DNA of 64,000 nucleotides. Source: Octopus vulgaris (taxonomy: Eukaryota). The position numbers and the translations under genes were made by a program. The number at the start of each line of letters is the position of its first letter. Position 1 is the stretch's first letter. Below, in pieces: positions 52,193 through 64,000 of this stretch. The notes under the pieces were generated by a model. It worked only from the letters and a program-made list of their open reading frames with translations, did no database searches and was not told where the DNA came from. The stretch lies in assembly GCA_951406725.2 (NCBI GenBank), contig OX597834.1, positions 31,496,001 to 31,560,000 of the forward strand, given 5' to 3'.

Positions 52193-52819
52193 GTTAAATC
52201 TTGCCACGGTCAACTTTGCCTTTCATCCTTTTGGTGTTGATAAAATAAAGTACCAGCTGGGTACTGGGGTCAGTGCAATTGACTCAACCTCTCCCCAAGA
52301 ATTTCAGGCCTTGTGCCTATAGTGGAAAGGATTGTTATTCCTTTTTCTTTCAATTTTGTTTCTATTTCTTGCCAAGTGTCTTCTTGACACCTAGGGCAAA
52401 GAAACTCACTGTATACATTGACAGGCTATTAAAAGAAACACAAAATCAAATGAAGTCATGTGAAAGCAAAAGAAAAAAAATATGTGGTAAGCTGGCGGAA
52501 TTGTTAGTGCATCAGAATGAATACTTGGTGGTATTTCACCAAGATCTTTACATTCTGAGTTCAAATCAGACCAAGGCCAACTTTTCGCAATTGAAAAAAT
52601 AAAGTACCAGTAAAGTACTGGAGCCAATGGTATCAACTTACCCTCTCCTCTAAATCTACTGACCATGTGCCAAAATTGAAACCATCATTGGCAGAATCTT
52701 CACTTGTTGTAGCTCTCTGTATTCTGAGTTCAAATCTTGCCAAAGTCAGTTTTGCCTGTTGCATTCCTTTGTCATCACTTTGGTGAGGGCAACATCTCGA
52801 GATTGATCAATCCATCCAA

Positions 52820-52982
52820 CTATCTATCTATGCCTCCACCTATCTATCTATCTGTCTGTCTGTCTATCTGTTTGTCTATTTGTCTATCTATCTGTCTATC
52901 CATCCATGTATCCATTCACCAGGCTATCGATTTATCTATCTATTTATCTGTCTGTATATCTATCTATCTATCTATCTGTTTA

Positions 52983-53014
<32 letters not shown>

Positions 53015-53027
53015 TCTATCTACCTAA

Positions 53028-53061
<34 letters not shown>

Positions 53062-53400
53062 ATCTATCTATCCATCTATCTATATAACTATCTATCTATC
53101 TGTCTGTCTGTCTATCTATCTGCCTACCTACCTTCCTACATCCCTATCTATCTTTCTATCTATCTATCTACCTCTCTCTCTCTACCTTCCTACCTACCTC
53201 TCTATCTATCTATTTATCTATCTATCTATCTCTGTCTGTCAGTCTAACTCTGTATCTATCTATCTATCTATCTATCTATCTACCTATCTGCCTGTCTGTC
53301 TATCTACCTATCTATCTGTCTGTCTATTTATCTATCTATCTATCTATCTACCTGTCAGTATGTCTGTTTATCCCTCTTTCTGTTTGCCTGTCTATCCATG
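52820..53400. repeat. (TATC)n/(TGTC)n tetranucleotide array
   Basis: Directly visible. Confidence 0.95.
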
Positions 53401-54985
53401 TCTTTTCATCTGTCCATTAAAATTTTAATCCATTTGCCTTTATCTGTACACAACTCTCTTTTTCTATCCGTCTATCAATCAGTCCTTTTCTCTCACATTA
53501 TTCTCCCTCTCTCCTCTCTCTCTCTCTCTCCCTTCCTTATTCTTTTACCCATCCTGTCACCCTCTCCATTCACACAAACAGTTGCCTCTCCTTTTGCATC
53601 CAATTCTCCCCTGATTGAATTAAATATTCCATCGCATTTTTTAAAATTAAATTCCATTTACCTTCTCTGCAGTTTGTCTGACATAATATTCCAGCAGCAT
53701 TCAAAGACATTCTAAAAGAAGGTGCCATTATTTCTATTTCTATTTTGTTTTATTATTTTCTGTCACATTCTTGGAACAATAACACTGTTTGTTACAGTTT
53801 TCCAATGGGCCAACTGCTGCTTCATTGCAATTCTGATAGAAAGAGTGACAAGGGAGTTTCTGTCTAACTTGGGTGGAACAAATATCATGCAAGGAAATTT
53901 CATGTAATGCTGCTCAGGTTTATTAGTTTTCTCACTGAAGTGTAGCACGTAAAAAGCACCCGCTACACTCTCAGAGTGGTTGGCATCCTACTGTAGAAAC
54001 ACTGCCAGATCAGATTGGAGCCTGGTGCAGCTGCTGGCTCTCCAGTCCTCATTCAAACCGTCCAACCCATGGGGTTGGGAAGCAAGCTTCTTACCCCACA
54101 GCCATGCCTACACCTATATACTTCAACATGCTCACACACACAAACACTCACACACACACACATATGTATGTACATATTGTATCTATGTGTGTGTGTCTGT
54201 GTCTGTTTGTCTGGACATTGCATGCTAGCTGTAAACGAGTGTCCCTGTCATACAAGTGGTGTTATTTGTTTCCAGTCTGTTCTGAAAACCTGTCCATGCT
54301 AGGGACTAGTGATAGAAGAAATAGTACATTGCTTAGAATCAGATGAGGGTAGAAAACCTGCATCTATAAATTTCATTTGATCCATGCAAACATGGTGAAG
54401 TGGATGTTAAAAGGATGTTGATGTTGATGATGATAATGATGCGTTTCAACTGAGGAAAAGAGGAAGGCTTTATGTGTGTGGGTATATTATAGGTAGAATA
54501 AACATATTCATATATATATATAAATGAATGTATGTATGTATCTATCTACCTCTCTATCTTTTTATCTATCTATCTATCTATCTATCTACTTATATACATA
54601 TATATATGTGTGTGTGTGTGTAATATATATATGTATATATATATATTTATATATAAAATACACACACACATACATGCAATATATACATACATACATATAT
54701 ATGTATATATATATAGGTATGTATATATGTAATAATGTACCAGTCTCTGTGTGTAGTGATATATATGGGCCAGTCAAATCGCCCAACCCATACCAGCATG
54801 GAAAGCAGACGTTAAATGATGATGATGATGATACACACACACATGAATATGTAAATATGATTATATTTGTATAGAAAATTGTATGTGTATGTATATGTGT
54901 GTGCCTATGTATATACGTATATTCTATACATATACTATGTGTGTGTGTGTGTATATATATATATGTGTGTGTGTGTGTGTATATG

Positions 54986-55068
<83 letters not shown>

Positions 55069-57149
55069 TGTGTGAGAGAAAGAGAGAGAGTGAGTGAGAG
55101 AGATATACATATATATCCATACATCTGTACACAATCCTTTATCCATCCGTCGCCATATCTATCTGCGTATGTCTGTGCGTGTCAACCTACACACACACAC
55201 GCACGCATACACACACACAGAGAAATACACGCACATGCATACACACTCACACACACACGTATCGATCCGTTTGTTTACTGTATGATCTGAGCAGTGTGGA
55301 AAGCCGATGGAAAGATAAGAGAGAAAACTACAGACAACAGACAACAGAGAAAGAGAGAGAGAGAGAGGGACAGAGAAAGAGAGAGCAAGGGAGACGGGGA
55401 AAGAGAGAGGTGGTTCGATATTCTAATAAAACACACAAAAATAGACATGAAATCAAAATGAAACAGCCATGTTTGGATCCAGCCAGATATGGTACAGTGG
55501 AACATTGTGGAATATAATAATAACGCATCTATCGATTCTTGAAGGGATTGGTTTGTGGGTTGGCTGGCTGGTGGGTGGGGGGTGGGGCGAGGGTGTAGAG
55601 GTTGGTGGCAGTGGTCGGCTGTTCGGACGGCTGGTCGGTCGGTCGGTTGGTACTGTATTTTTATCATGTTGGTTGGTCGTGATTGTGTCGGGTGCCGGCC
55701 ATGGTGGTGGTGGTGGTGGCAGTGGCGGTGGTGGTAGCGGTGGTGCTTGGTGTTGTTATGGATAATGTTGGCTAATGGATGCGATGGCATTTATTACCAA
55801 CAACGGTTGTAGTGATAGTGACGGTGATGGTGATGATGATGATGATGGTGGTGGCAATGGTGATGATAGTGTTTGTAGAGGTGGCGGTGGTGGTGGTGAT
55901 GGTGGTGGTAATAGTTTTATTTAATGGTTCTGCAGGATCCTTGTGGTGCTTGGTGTTAATGGTCAGGGCACGGCTTGTGTAAACGGTTGGAGAGGTGGCA
56001 GCAGTGGTGATGATGGTTGTGGTGGTGTTGGCGATGGCGTTGGTCATAGTTGGTTGTTTATGCTGGATTGTGTTGGTATACTGAAAGCTGATGTTACTGT
56101 TGTTGTTGTTGGTGGTGGTGGTGGTGGTGGTAGTGGTGGTGGTAGTGGTGGTGGTGGTGGTGGTGATGGTGGTGCTAACAGTACTAATGGTTGTTGTGGT
56201 ATGTGTTTAAATGGTCTTGCTAATGGATGTAGTTGAGGCTGATGTTGTTGTAGTTCTTGTTTAGTCACAGAACAGCCCTGATCAAGCAAACTTGTAATCA
56301 AAGTTAATCCAACCATGGCCATCCAATCTTTCTACTATGACAACATAGGACCGCATTAGTCAGTATGTTCCTTCCTTTCCCAAGCCTGTAAAATGTAATT
56401 TGAGGGAGTTTTGAGGGAGATTGCTTTGCTATTTCTAGCAGCCTCGGCTACAACAATGTTTTATGCAGTGCAGCCACTCAAGGTTTATTGGAGTGAATCT
56501 AATCAATATACTCTACTGCATGTATTGAGTACTCTTTCTGATTAACAACACTAAATATAAGTATGTGTGTATGTGAGTGTGTGTGTTCGTGTGTGTGTGT
56601 GTGTGCTCATGTGTGTGTATGTGTGTGTGCTCATGTGTATGTGTGTGATCATCATCATTATCAGCAACATCATCTTCATGATTATTATGACCCTTTTTTC
56701 CATTGGAAATCAGTGGTACCCACTCAAAGTGTCACTTACCCTTAATGGTGGAAAAGTAGTCTTATATACCAATCTATCTTTTGCTGAGGAATGTCATGTC
56801 TGAAACTATTTTCCATTGAGATAATGTCAAGTTTACTGAGGCAATATGTGACTGGCAGAAAATACCAATTCTATTATAGATTATTTAACGTCAATACAGA
56901 AATGAAAATGAAATTTAATTTCTCGGTTAAAGGGCTAACATCTCCTTCTCTATGCTTCCATGGGTCACACGGAATTTACTGATGCAGATTTTCTATGTCC
57001 AGGTGTCCTGGCTCTCAACACCTCTCACCTGTAAATGTTAGCCAAGCTCTTTTTTATGAGTGACATTTTGGTTAAGATGATTTAAGACATTCTAAGTTGA
57101 ATTTCATCATGTCTTATTGCCCATACATACAAACGTATTCTTTTTTTTT

Positions 57150-57377
57150 TTTTCTTGCCTTTTATTTGTTTCAGTCATTTGAATTTGGCCATGCTGGAGC
57201 ACCGCCTTTAGTCAAACAAATCGACCACAGGACTTATTCTTTGCAAGCATAGTACTTATTCTATTGGTCTCTTTTGCCAAACATCGGTTGTCAAGCAATG
57301 GTAGTGGGGTACAAACACAGGCACACAAATGCATACATACATGCATGCATACATGCATGCATACATACATACATACA

Positions 57378-57411
<34 letters not shown>

Positions 57412-57535
57412 CATACATACATATGTACGCACGTATGTATGTATATACGACGGGCTTCTTTCAGTTTCATCTACCAAATCTACCCACAAGGCTTTGGTTG
57501 GCCTGAAACTACAACAGAAGACACTTGCCCAAGAA
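57150..57535 (-). mobile_element. SINE family A copy lacking its tRNA head
   Basis: Tail and body are present up to ACACTTGCCCAAG. Confidence 0.75.
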
Positions 57536-58047
57536 AACAAGAAAAGACAAGGACAAGTCATTCGGAGTTTTCTTTCCTCAGTCAAGTTCCAGATTATCTT
57601 TGCAATTTCGGCTGGTTATACTCGAGATTGCAAGGAAAAACTAAGCTAAGAGCACTAAATCCCTTGGAAGAAAGCAGCAAATGTATACGAAAACAAGGAC
57701 AGAAAAAAATAGAGAAATATATATAAATTTCTATATGCATAAATAAATTTCTATACACTGGAACTGGAACATGTCTTACATATACACACACTCATACACA
57801 TATGCTTGTCATATACACACACATATACACATAAAATATATTGTCATACAATACCTAAATACATATACATTTACAAACACAGGCCCACACAAACACACAC
57901 ACACACACAGCCCCAAACATACATCTATGAATACTAAGATACAATCTCTATGCCTACCCGACTTCTCTCAACTCTCCCCTACATCTCTCTTCATACACAA
58001 AGATTTATTATAATTCCTCTTGTATTTGGTTCTCTTGTGAAACCAAC

Positions 58048-58206
58048 CGTTGTACAGAACACAAATGTGAAGCCAGTTGTTGACGCTTGAAGGATTGAGA
58101 GAGTCTGGTTGTTTGCAAGAACCACATTCTACAATGTTTGTCCGAATTCTGTTTCCATATAACTGTCTGAATGGCCTGGTAATTCCTCGTTTTTGCATTT
58201 CTGTGT
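58048..58206 (-). CDS. Candidate 159-nt internal coding exon, product unknown
   Basis: tgttttattaacAG|...TACAACG|GTTGGT. It is 53 codons long and non-repetitive. Phase 1 reads TEMQKRGITRPFRQLYGNRIRTNIVECGSCKQPDSLNPSSVNNWLHICVLYN; phase 2 is also open. Confidence 0.3.
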
Positions 58207-58345
58207 CTGTTAATAAAACAGTAGCTGAATAGCCTCAGCGTAGTCCAGATTGATTAGGCAGTGCTTCGATCAAAGACAATCCAGTAGAGACCATCCTACA
58301 TGTTTATTTTTTATTTGGTCATTTTTGTTTGTTTCCTTGACACAT

Positions 58346-58752
58346 GTGCAGGTATGGCTGTGTGGTTAGGAAGCTGTCTTTGTAACCACACTGTTCTGGG
58401 TTCAGTCCCACTGTGTGGCATCTTGGACAAGTGTCTTGTACTTGAGACCCCAGCTGATCAAAGCCTTGTGAGTGAATTTGGAAGAAGGAAACCGTGGAAG
58501 TCCATTGTATAAATATGCATCTATGTGTGTGCGTGTGTGTTTGTGTGTTTTACCTCTGTCACTGCTTGACAACTGGTGTTAGTTTGTTTACATCCCTGTA
58601 ACTTAGTGGTTTGGCAGAAGAGAGTTAATAGAATAAGTACGAGGCATTGAGAATAAGTACTAGGTTTGATTTGTTCAACCAAGCTCATCAAAGCAGTGCC
58701 CCAGCATGGCCATAGTCCAATGAGGAGAACAAGTGAAAGACAAAAGATAAAG
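58346..58752 (+). mobile_element. Diverged full-length SINE family A
   Basis: TGGCTGTGTGG, GGTTCAGTCCC, and tail GCCCCAGCATGGCC. Confidence 0.8.
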
Positions 58753-59184
58753 AACACTGTCACTCAGACCTTGTTACGCATTTATTTTTAAGATGGAAGT
58801 TGTGATTTGAATGACAAATAGCTGCTATTTCTAGCATGTCGTATGACCATGGAGAACCTATTTCCTTGATGACTTTTCCACTGAAAATGTTTCAAATTTG
58901 TGTATATATATATGATGAGGATGATGATGATAATGGTTATGGTGGTGATGATGATGATGATGATGACAAGGATGACAAGGACAATGATGATGACGATGAC
59001 AATGATGATGTTGGTGATGATTTGGTGGTGATGATGATGATAATAATGATGATGATGATGATGATGATGATACCGTTAATACTATTACAATTACAGTAAT
59101 AATAATAATGATTACTATTTATTTTTAATCCACGACGAAGAAAATAGTAAAAAGTTAATAATAAACTAAGAAAAAATAATGATA

Positions 59185-59219
<35 letters not shown>

Positions 59220-59554
59220 GAAAGTAAAGCTATAATAACCAACAACAACAACAACAACAATAATAATAATATAATAATAATAATAATAGTAAAAATCAAA
59301 AGAGTGAGGAAACAAAAAGCAATATTGAAATTGGTTTCTTTGTTTTTTTTTTCTATTTCCTTCAATTTCTTTCTATTATTCGTTCCTTCCTTCTTTCTTT
59401 CTTTCCTTCATTGTCTTCTGTATATTTTTCAATTTTTGTTTTCGTTTTTATTTGTTCTTTTCCAATTTAGTTGCATGTTTAGAGACTAAAGACGACCGCT
59501 TTCTGAATGTTTGATAATCGAGAATGAAAAAATAATAATAACAATGACAAAATA

Positions 59555-59590
<36 letters not shown>

Positions 59591-60192
59591 AATAATATTA
59601 ATAATAACAACTAATAACAATAGTAATAGTAACAAGCAGGAGGAGGAGGAGGAGTAAGAGTAGTAGCAGCAGTCATTGTAGGAGATTTAAGAATCATGAA
59701 AATAATAACGTGTACAATGATAGTAATAATTATTGTTTCTAAATTAAGCAGAAGGCCAGTTGTTTTGAGGGGAGGGGACACGTTTAGTCAATAAAGTTCC
59801 CTTCTCTCTACCTCCTGTTTTTTGACTGATACTTTATCTTCTCAACCCTTGGAAGGACGAAAGGCAAAGCTGATCTCTGAAGGTGTTTTGCAAACAACTT
59901 GCACATGAAAGGGCTACCATTCCAGAGCCCCGCATACTGGAAGCCAGCAAGTGTATGGGGCCAGCAGTTTTTTAAAAGGATAGGGAAACTGATTACATCA
60001 ACCCTTGTATTTGGTTGGTACTTTAATTTTTCATTGACCCCCAAAAAAATAAAAGGCAAAAAAAGACATTGGCAGATTTGAACTGAGAACATAAAAAAGA
60101 CGAGACCAAATACCATTATGCATTTTTTTCTGACACTGTAACAATCCCACCAGCTCTAATAGTACTACTAATTCTAATACTAATACTGATGG

Positions 60193-60226
<34 letters not shown>

Positions 60227-60237
60227 GGTGATGATAG

Positions 60238-60279
<42 letters not shown>

Positions 60280-61057
60280 CAACGACAACAGTATTACAGA
60301 CAGTAGGTGGATTGACTTAAGAAAATGCATCTAGGCAACCTTGAAGAGAGGGAAAAGGAAAAAAAAAAATTATGAAAGCACAAATAAGACATCGGATTAG
60401 GAAACTGAGATAAGAGAATTAGACCAAACAACAAATATTTAGGAATTGAATGAATGAACTAGACAGAGAACAATGTACGCAAATGAAAAACGAGGTTAGA
60501 AAGGAATATTGTAGATGCATTAGGTTTACAGTTAAAACAGAACCACATGCTAAAAATAAGCTAATAGGCATCAATACTTTAGCTGTTCCAGTAATCAGTT
60601 CTAGTTGTAGTATGTTTGGTTGGATGTGAAGGGAATTAGCAAGACAAGACAGGGGGGAAAAAAAAAAGCAAGAGAAATAATGACCGTGTTTAAGAAGACA
60701 TTGCATACGTGTTATGTGGAAAACCTCAGGGCATATGTGTGTGTGTGTGTGTAGATACATACACACACACACATACACATATATATATACACATATAAAC
60801 ACACACACATGCACATATATATATATATACACATATAAACACACACACTAATATGGCTATTTTGTGCATGTTGAATATACGTGTGTATATGTGTGTATGT
60901 GTGTGTGTATATATATATATATATAATATTCAACATGCGCAAAATAACTGAATTAGGCACTATATATGTATCATCATCAACATCAGCATCATCCTTTAAC
61001 GGTTAAACTCTTTCTGTTTCTCCATCTTTCATATGCATATGTGCACACACAGGTGTA

Positions 61058-61116
<59 letters not shown>

Positions 61117-61996
61117 CCCTTCATCATCATCATCAACATTTTATGTGTGTTATTGATGCTGGCATGAGGTGGATGGTTGATCAGAAGATGGCAAGCGCGA
61201 GAATCATACCAATCTCCTATTGCCATCCACTTAGCAGAGTGGATGGGTATTTTTTTCTCTGGCACCGGCACCAGTGAGGTGACCAAGTAACCTGCAAGAC
61301 CATCTGAGTGGAGAAACAGTATTGAGGAGGGAGGTGGGTTTATGCCAGCTGATGAGAGGTTAAAATATGAAAGAGAGACAAGGAGAGGTGTCTTGCTATA
61401 GAGGAGATGCATGGTTACTCCATCCAGGTGGATGAGAAAGATGGTGGTGGTGATGGTGAAGAGGCATTGGGGTCTACCCTCAAGTTACAACAAGAAAGTA
61501 ACTATAAAAGAAGCAATATGAATGGGTCAGTCAGTTCGAGGGAGAGTGAGAGGTGAGTGGTAGATGGAGAGAGATGGAGATGCAGAGAGTGGTAAACACA
61601 GTCAGAATACAAATGAAAATGAAAAAACTGAAACAGTATACAGAGCCGTGCTTCGTTATGGAGAAAAAGCACTCAATAAAAATAAAGCTGTCGGATTAAA
61701 GGTGTGGTTGAGAGGCCAAAGTACAACGTATATGTTTTTGTACTCATGGGCATTCCAGTGAAGAACTCGATGGGATTAGAATTCAGAGCAATATATAAAG
61801 TAATATGAAACTAAGCCGACAAACAGAATTAAATCCAAGGTGGGGGGCATATATCTTAAAATGTAAAATATATTCCGAGTACAGAGACATATAAGCATGC
61901 TTCTAGTAAGTGTGTGTGCGTATGGGTATATATACGTATATACATGTATATATGTATATAACTTTATCTCTGTCTGTCTGTATCTCCCTCTCTCCA

Positions 61997-62036
<40 letters not shown>

Positions 62037-62040
<4 letters not shown>

Positions 62041-62256
62041 TTGTACTTGTTTCAGTCATTTGACTGCGGCCATGCTGGAGCACCGCCTTCAGAGTGGTGA
62101 AAGAGTACAGCAGGGATCACCACCATCCCCTGCCGGAGCCTCGTGGAGCTTTTAGGTGTTTTCGCTCAATAAACACACACAACGCCCGGTCTGGGAATCG
62201 AAACCGAGATCCTCCGACCGCAAGTCCGCTGCCCTAACCACTGGGCCATTGCGCCT
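62037..62256 (-). mobile_element. Mosaic SINE: family D head joined to family A tail
   Basis: Minus strand: family D head and body 62256-62094, then AAGGCGGTGCTCCAGCATGGCCGCAGTCAAATGACTGAAACAAGTA. Confidence 0.85.
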
Positions 62257-62288
62257 ATATATACATATATATACATATATATATATAC

Positions 62289-62352
<64 letters not shown>

Positions 62353-62460
62353 ATGTAGATGTATGTATGTATATTAAGGTGAAAAGATACAATAGACGCA
62401 TAGAACCCTCATCAGTTGGGTACCATATGAAGACAAATTTGAATTGCATAATATATCTAT

Positions 62461-62496
<36 letters not shown>

Positions 62497-62608
62497 GTAT
62501 ATACACACATACACCGCACAAACACATATGAGAGATGTAGAAAATAAAATGTAAATATTGAGTTGGAATTCTTATGAAATTTGAATTTCGTATGTGTGTG
62601 CGTGTGTG

Positions 62609-62656
<48 letters not shown>

Positions 62657-62888
62657 CACACACACACACATACTCACATTCAGTGAGATATTAGAAGTTG
62701 TACATATGGATGGTTACGTGTGTGTGTGTCTGTGTATGCATGTGTGTGTGTGTGTGTGTGTATGAGTAAATTCATATGTATACATACATACATACATACA
62801 TACATACATACATACTCAGACACATATATGCAAATAGGTGTACATAGACATAAGTATGAATAAAAGGTATTTACATATGAATATATGT

Positions 62889-62924
<36 letters not shown>

Positions 62925-63137
62925 TTGTGTTTGTATGTGCATGTGGATTTCCATGTGTGTGTGTATGAGCAAAAACCATCATGTATACGAGTGTATATCC
63001 AATATCTTGTAATGTTGTTTATTCATCTATTGTACACAGTTCATATTGAATGGCGCGTTTGGTTTCAATATTGAAAAATTGCTTATTTGGAAGAAATAGT
63101 GAAACCACCATCCCTAAGTGAAAATAATGAAGTTTCA

Positions 63138-63413
63138 TACATTCATACATATTGACATATATGTATACATGTACATACATACATACATATATATATATGT
63201 GTGTGTGTGTATATATATATTTATATATATATATATATATATATACATTCATACATATTGACATAAATGTATACATGTACATACATACATACATACATAT
63301 ATATATATGTGTGTGTGTGTATATATATATTTATATATATATATATATATATATACATTCATACATATTGACATAAATGTATACATGTACATACATACAT
63401 ACATATATATATA

Positions 63414-63475
<62 letters not shown>

Positions 63476-63480
63476 TATAT
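63138..63480. repeat. Three tandem copies of a ~108-bp microsatellite mosaic
   Basis: CATTCATACATATTGAC at 63140, 63246 and 63356. Confidence 0.85.
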
Positions 63481-63516
63481 ATACACATATACATATATGT
63501 ATGTGTGTGTGTGAGC

Positions 63517-63547
<31 letters not shown>

Positions 63548-63548
63548 C

Positions 63549-63615
<67 letters not shown>

Positions 63616-63792
63616 AATACACATATACATATACACATGTATGTATATGTGTGTGTGTGGGTATCTGTCTGTACATATGATGACATAAGTATGCAGATAT
63701 TTCTTGCACTATATTTGCACTATATATATAAATATATATATATATTTGAGTACTCTTTTTTCCACCTTGTTTCACATTTATGTGTTTACTCC

Positions 63793-63838
<46 letters not shown>

Positions 63839-63903
63839 TATATATATAGATATATATCATGCACATACATATATACATACATACACACATACATACATAC
63901 AAG

Positions 63904-63938
<35 letters not shown>

Positions 63939-64000
63939 TCACACACACACACACACACACACGCAAACAACCACACCATCAACGTATTGCTTGTGGTTGT

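Larger units (their letters stand above)
50858..52690 (+). mobile_element. Cluster of four same-orientation family E SINE copies, mostly separated by (TTA)n
   Basis: Copies at ~50858-51090, 51748-51950, 52196-52335 and 52484-52690, each with a version of CTTTGCCTTT..GAT(G/A)AAATAAGTACCAG. Confidence 0.75.

Noticed and set aside
61729-61893. 17-bp inverted repeat TATATGTTTTTGTACTC / GAGTACAGAGACATATA
   Set aside because: It is short (15/17) and does not extend, with no second copy or target-site duplication to support a MITE call.

Overview
This is eukaryotic (animal) DNA, extremely rich in microsatellites: (TA)n, (CA)n, (GA)n, (TATC)n, (TAA)n, (CAT)n, (CAC)n. The repeat landscape and tRNA-derived SINE types most resemble an octopus/coleoid cephalopod genome (inference, not database-checked). 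Nearly all ORFs in the supplied track are translated microsatellites, and I see no intact protein-coding gene. Supported content: many copies of about five SINE-like families that share modules; decayed Tc1/mariner, Dong/R4-type, CR1-type, RTE-like and Penelope-like (GIY-YIG) elements; a 384-bp Helitron inside a foldback element; and other foldback hairpins. Two observations stand out. (1) About nine hammerhead-ribozyme-like motifs occur in three architectures. One lies directly downstream of a Penelope-like endonuclease remnant, and five belong to a ~180-bp element family embedded in (TA)n. (2) A candidate 33-nt minus-strand microexon (25603-25635) has its 3' two-thirds and 5' splice site paired with an intronic 45-nt complement, and the only mismatches are two A:C pairs, the geometry of an ADAR editing substrate. 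This suggests the window lies inside a large minus-strand gene. Repeat boundaries were read by eye and are approximate.
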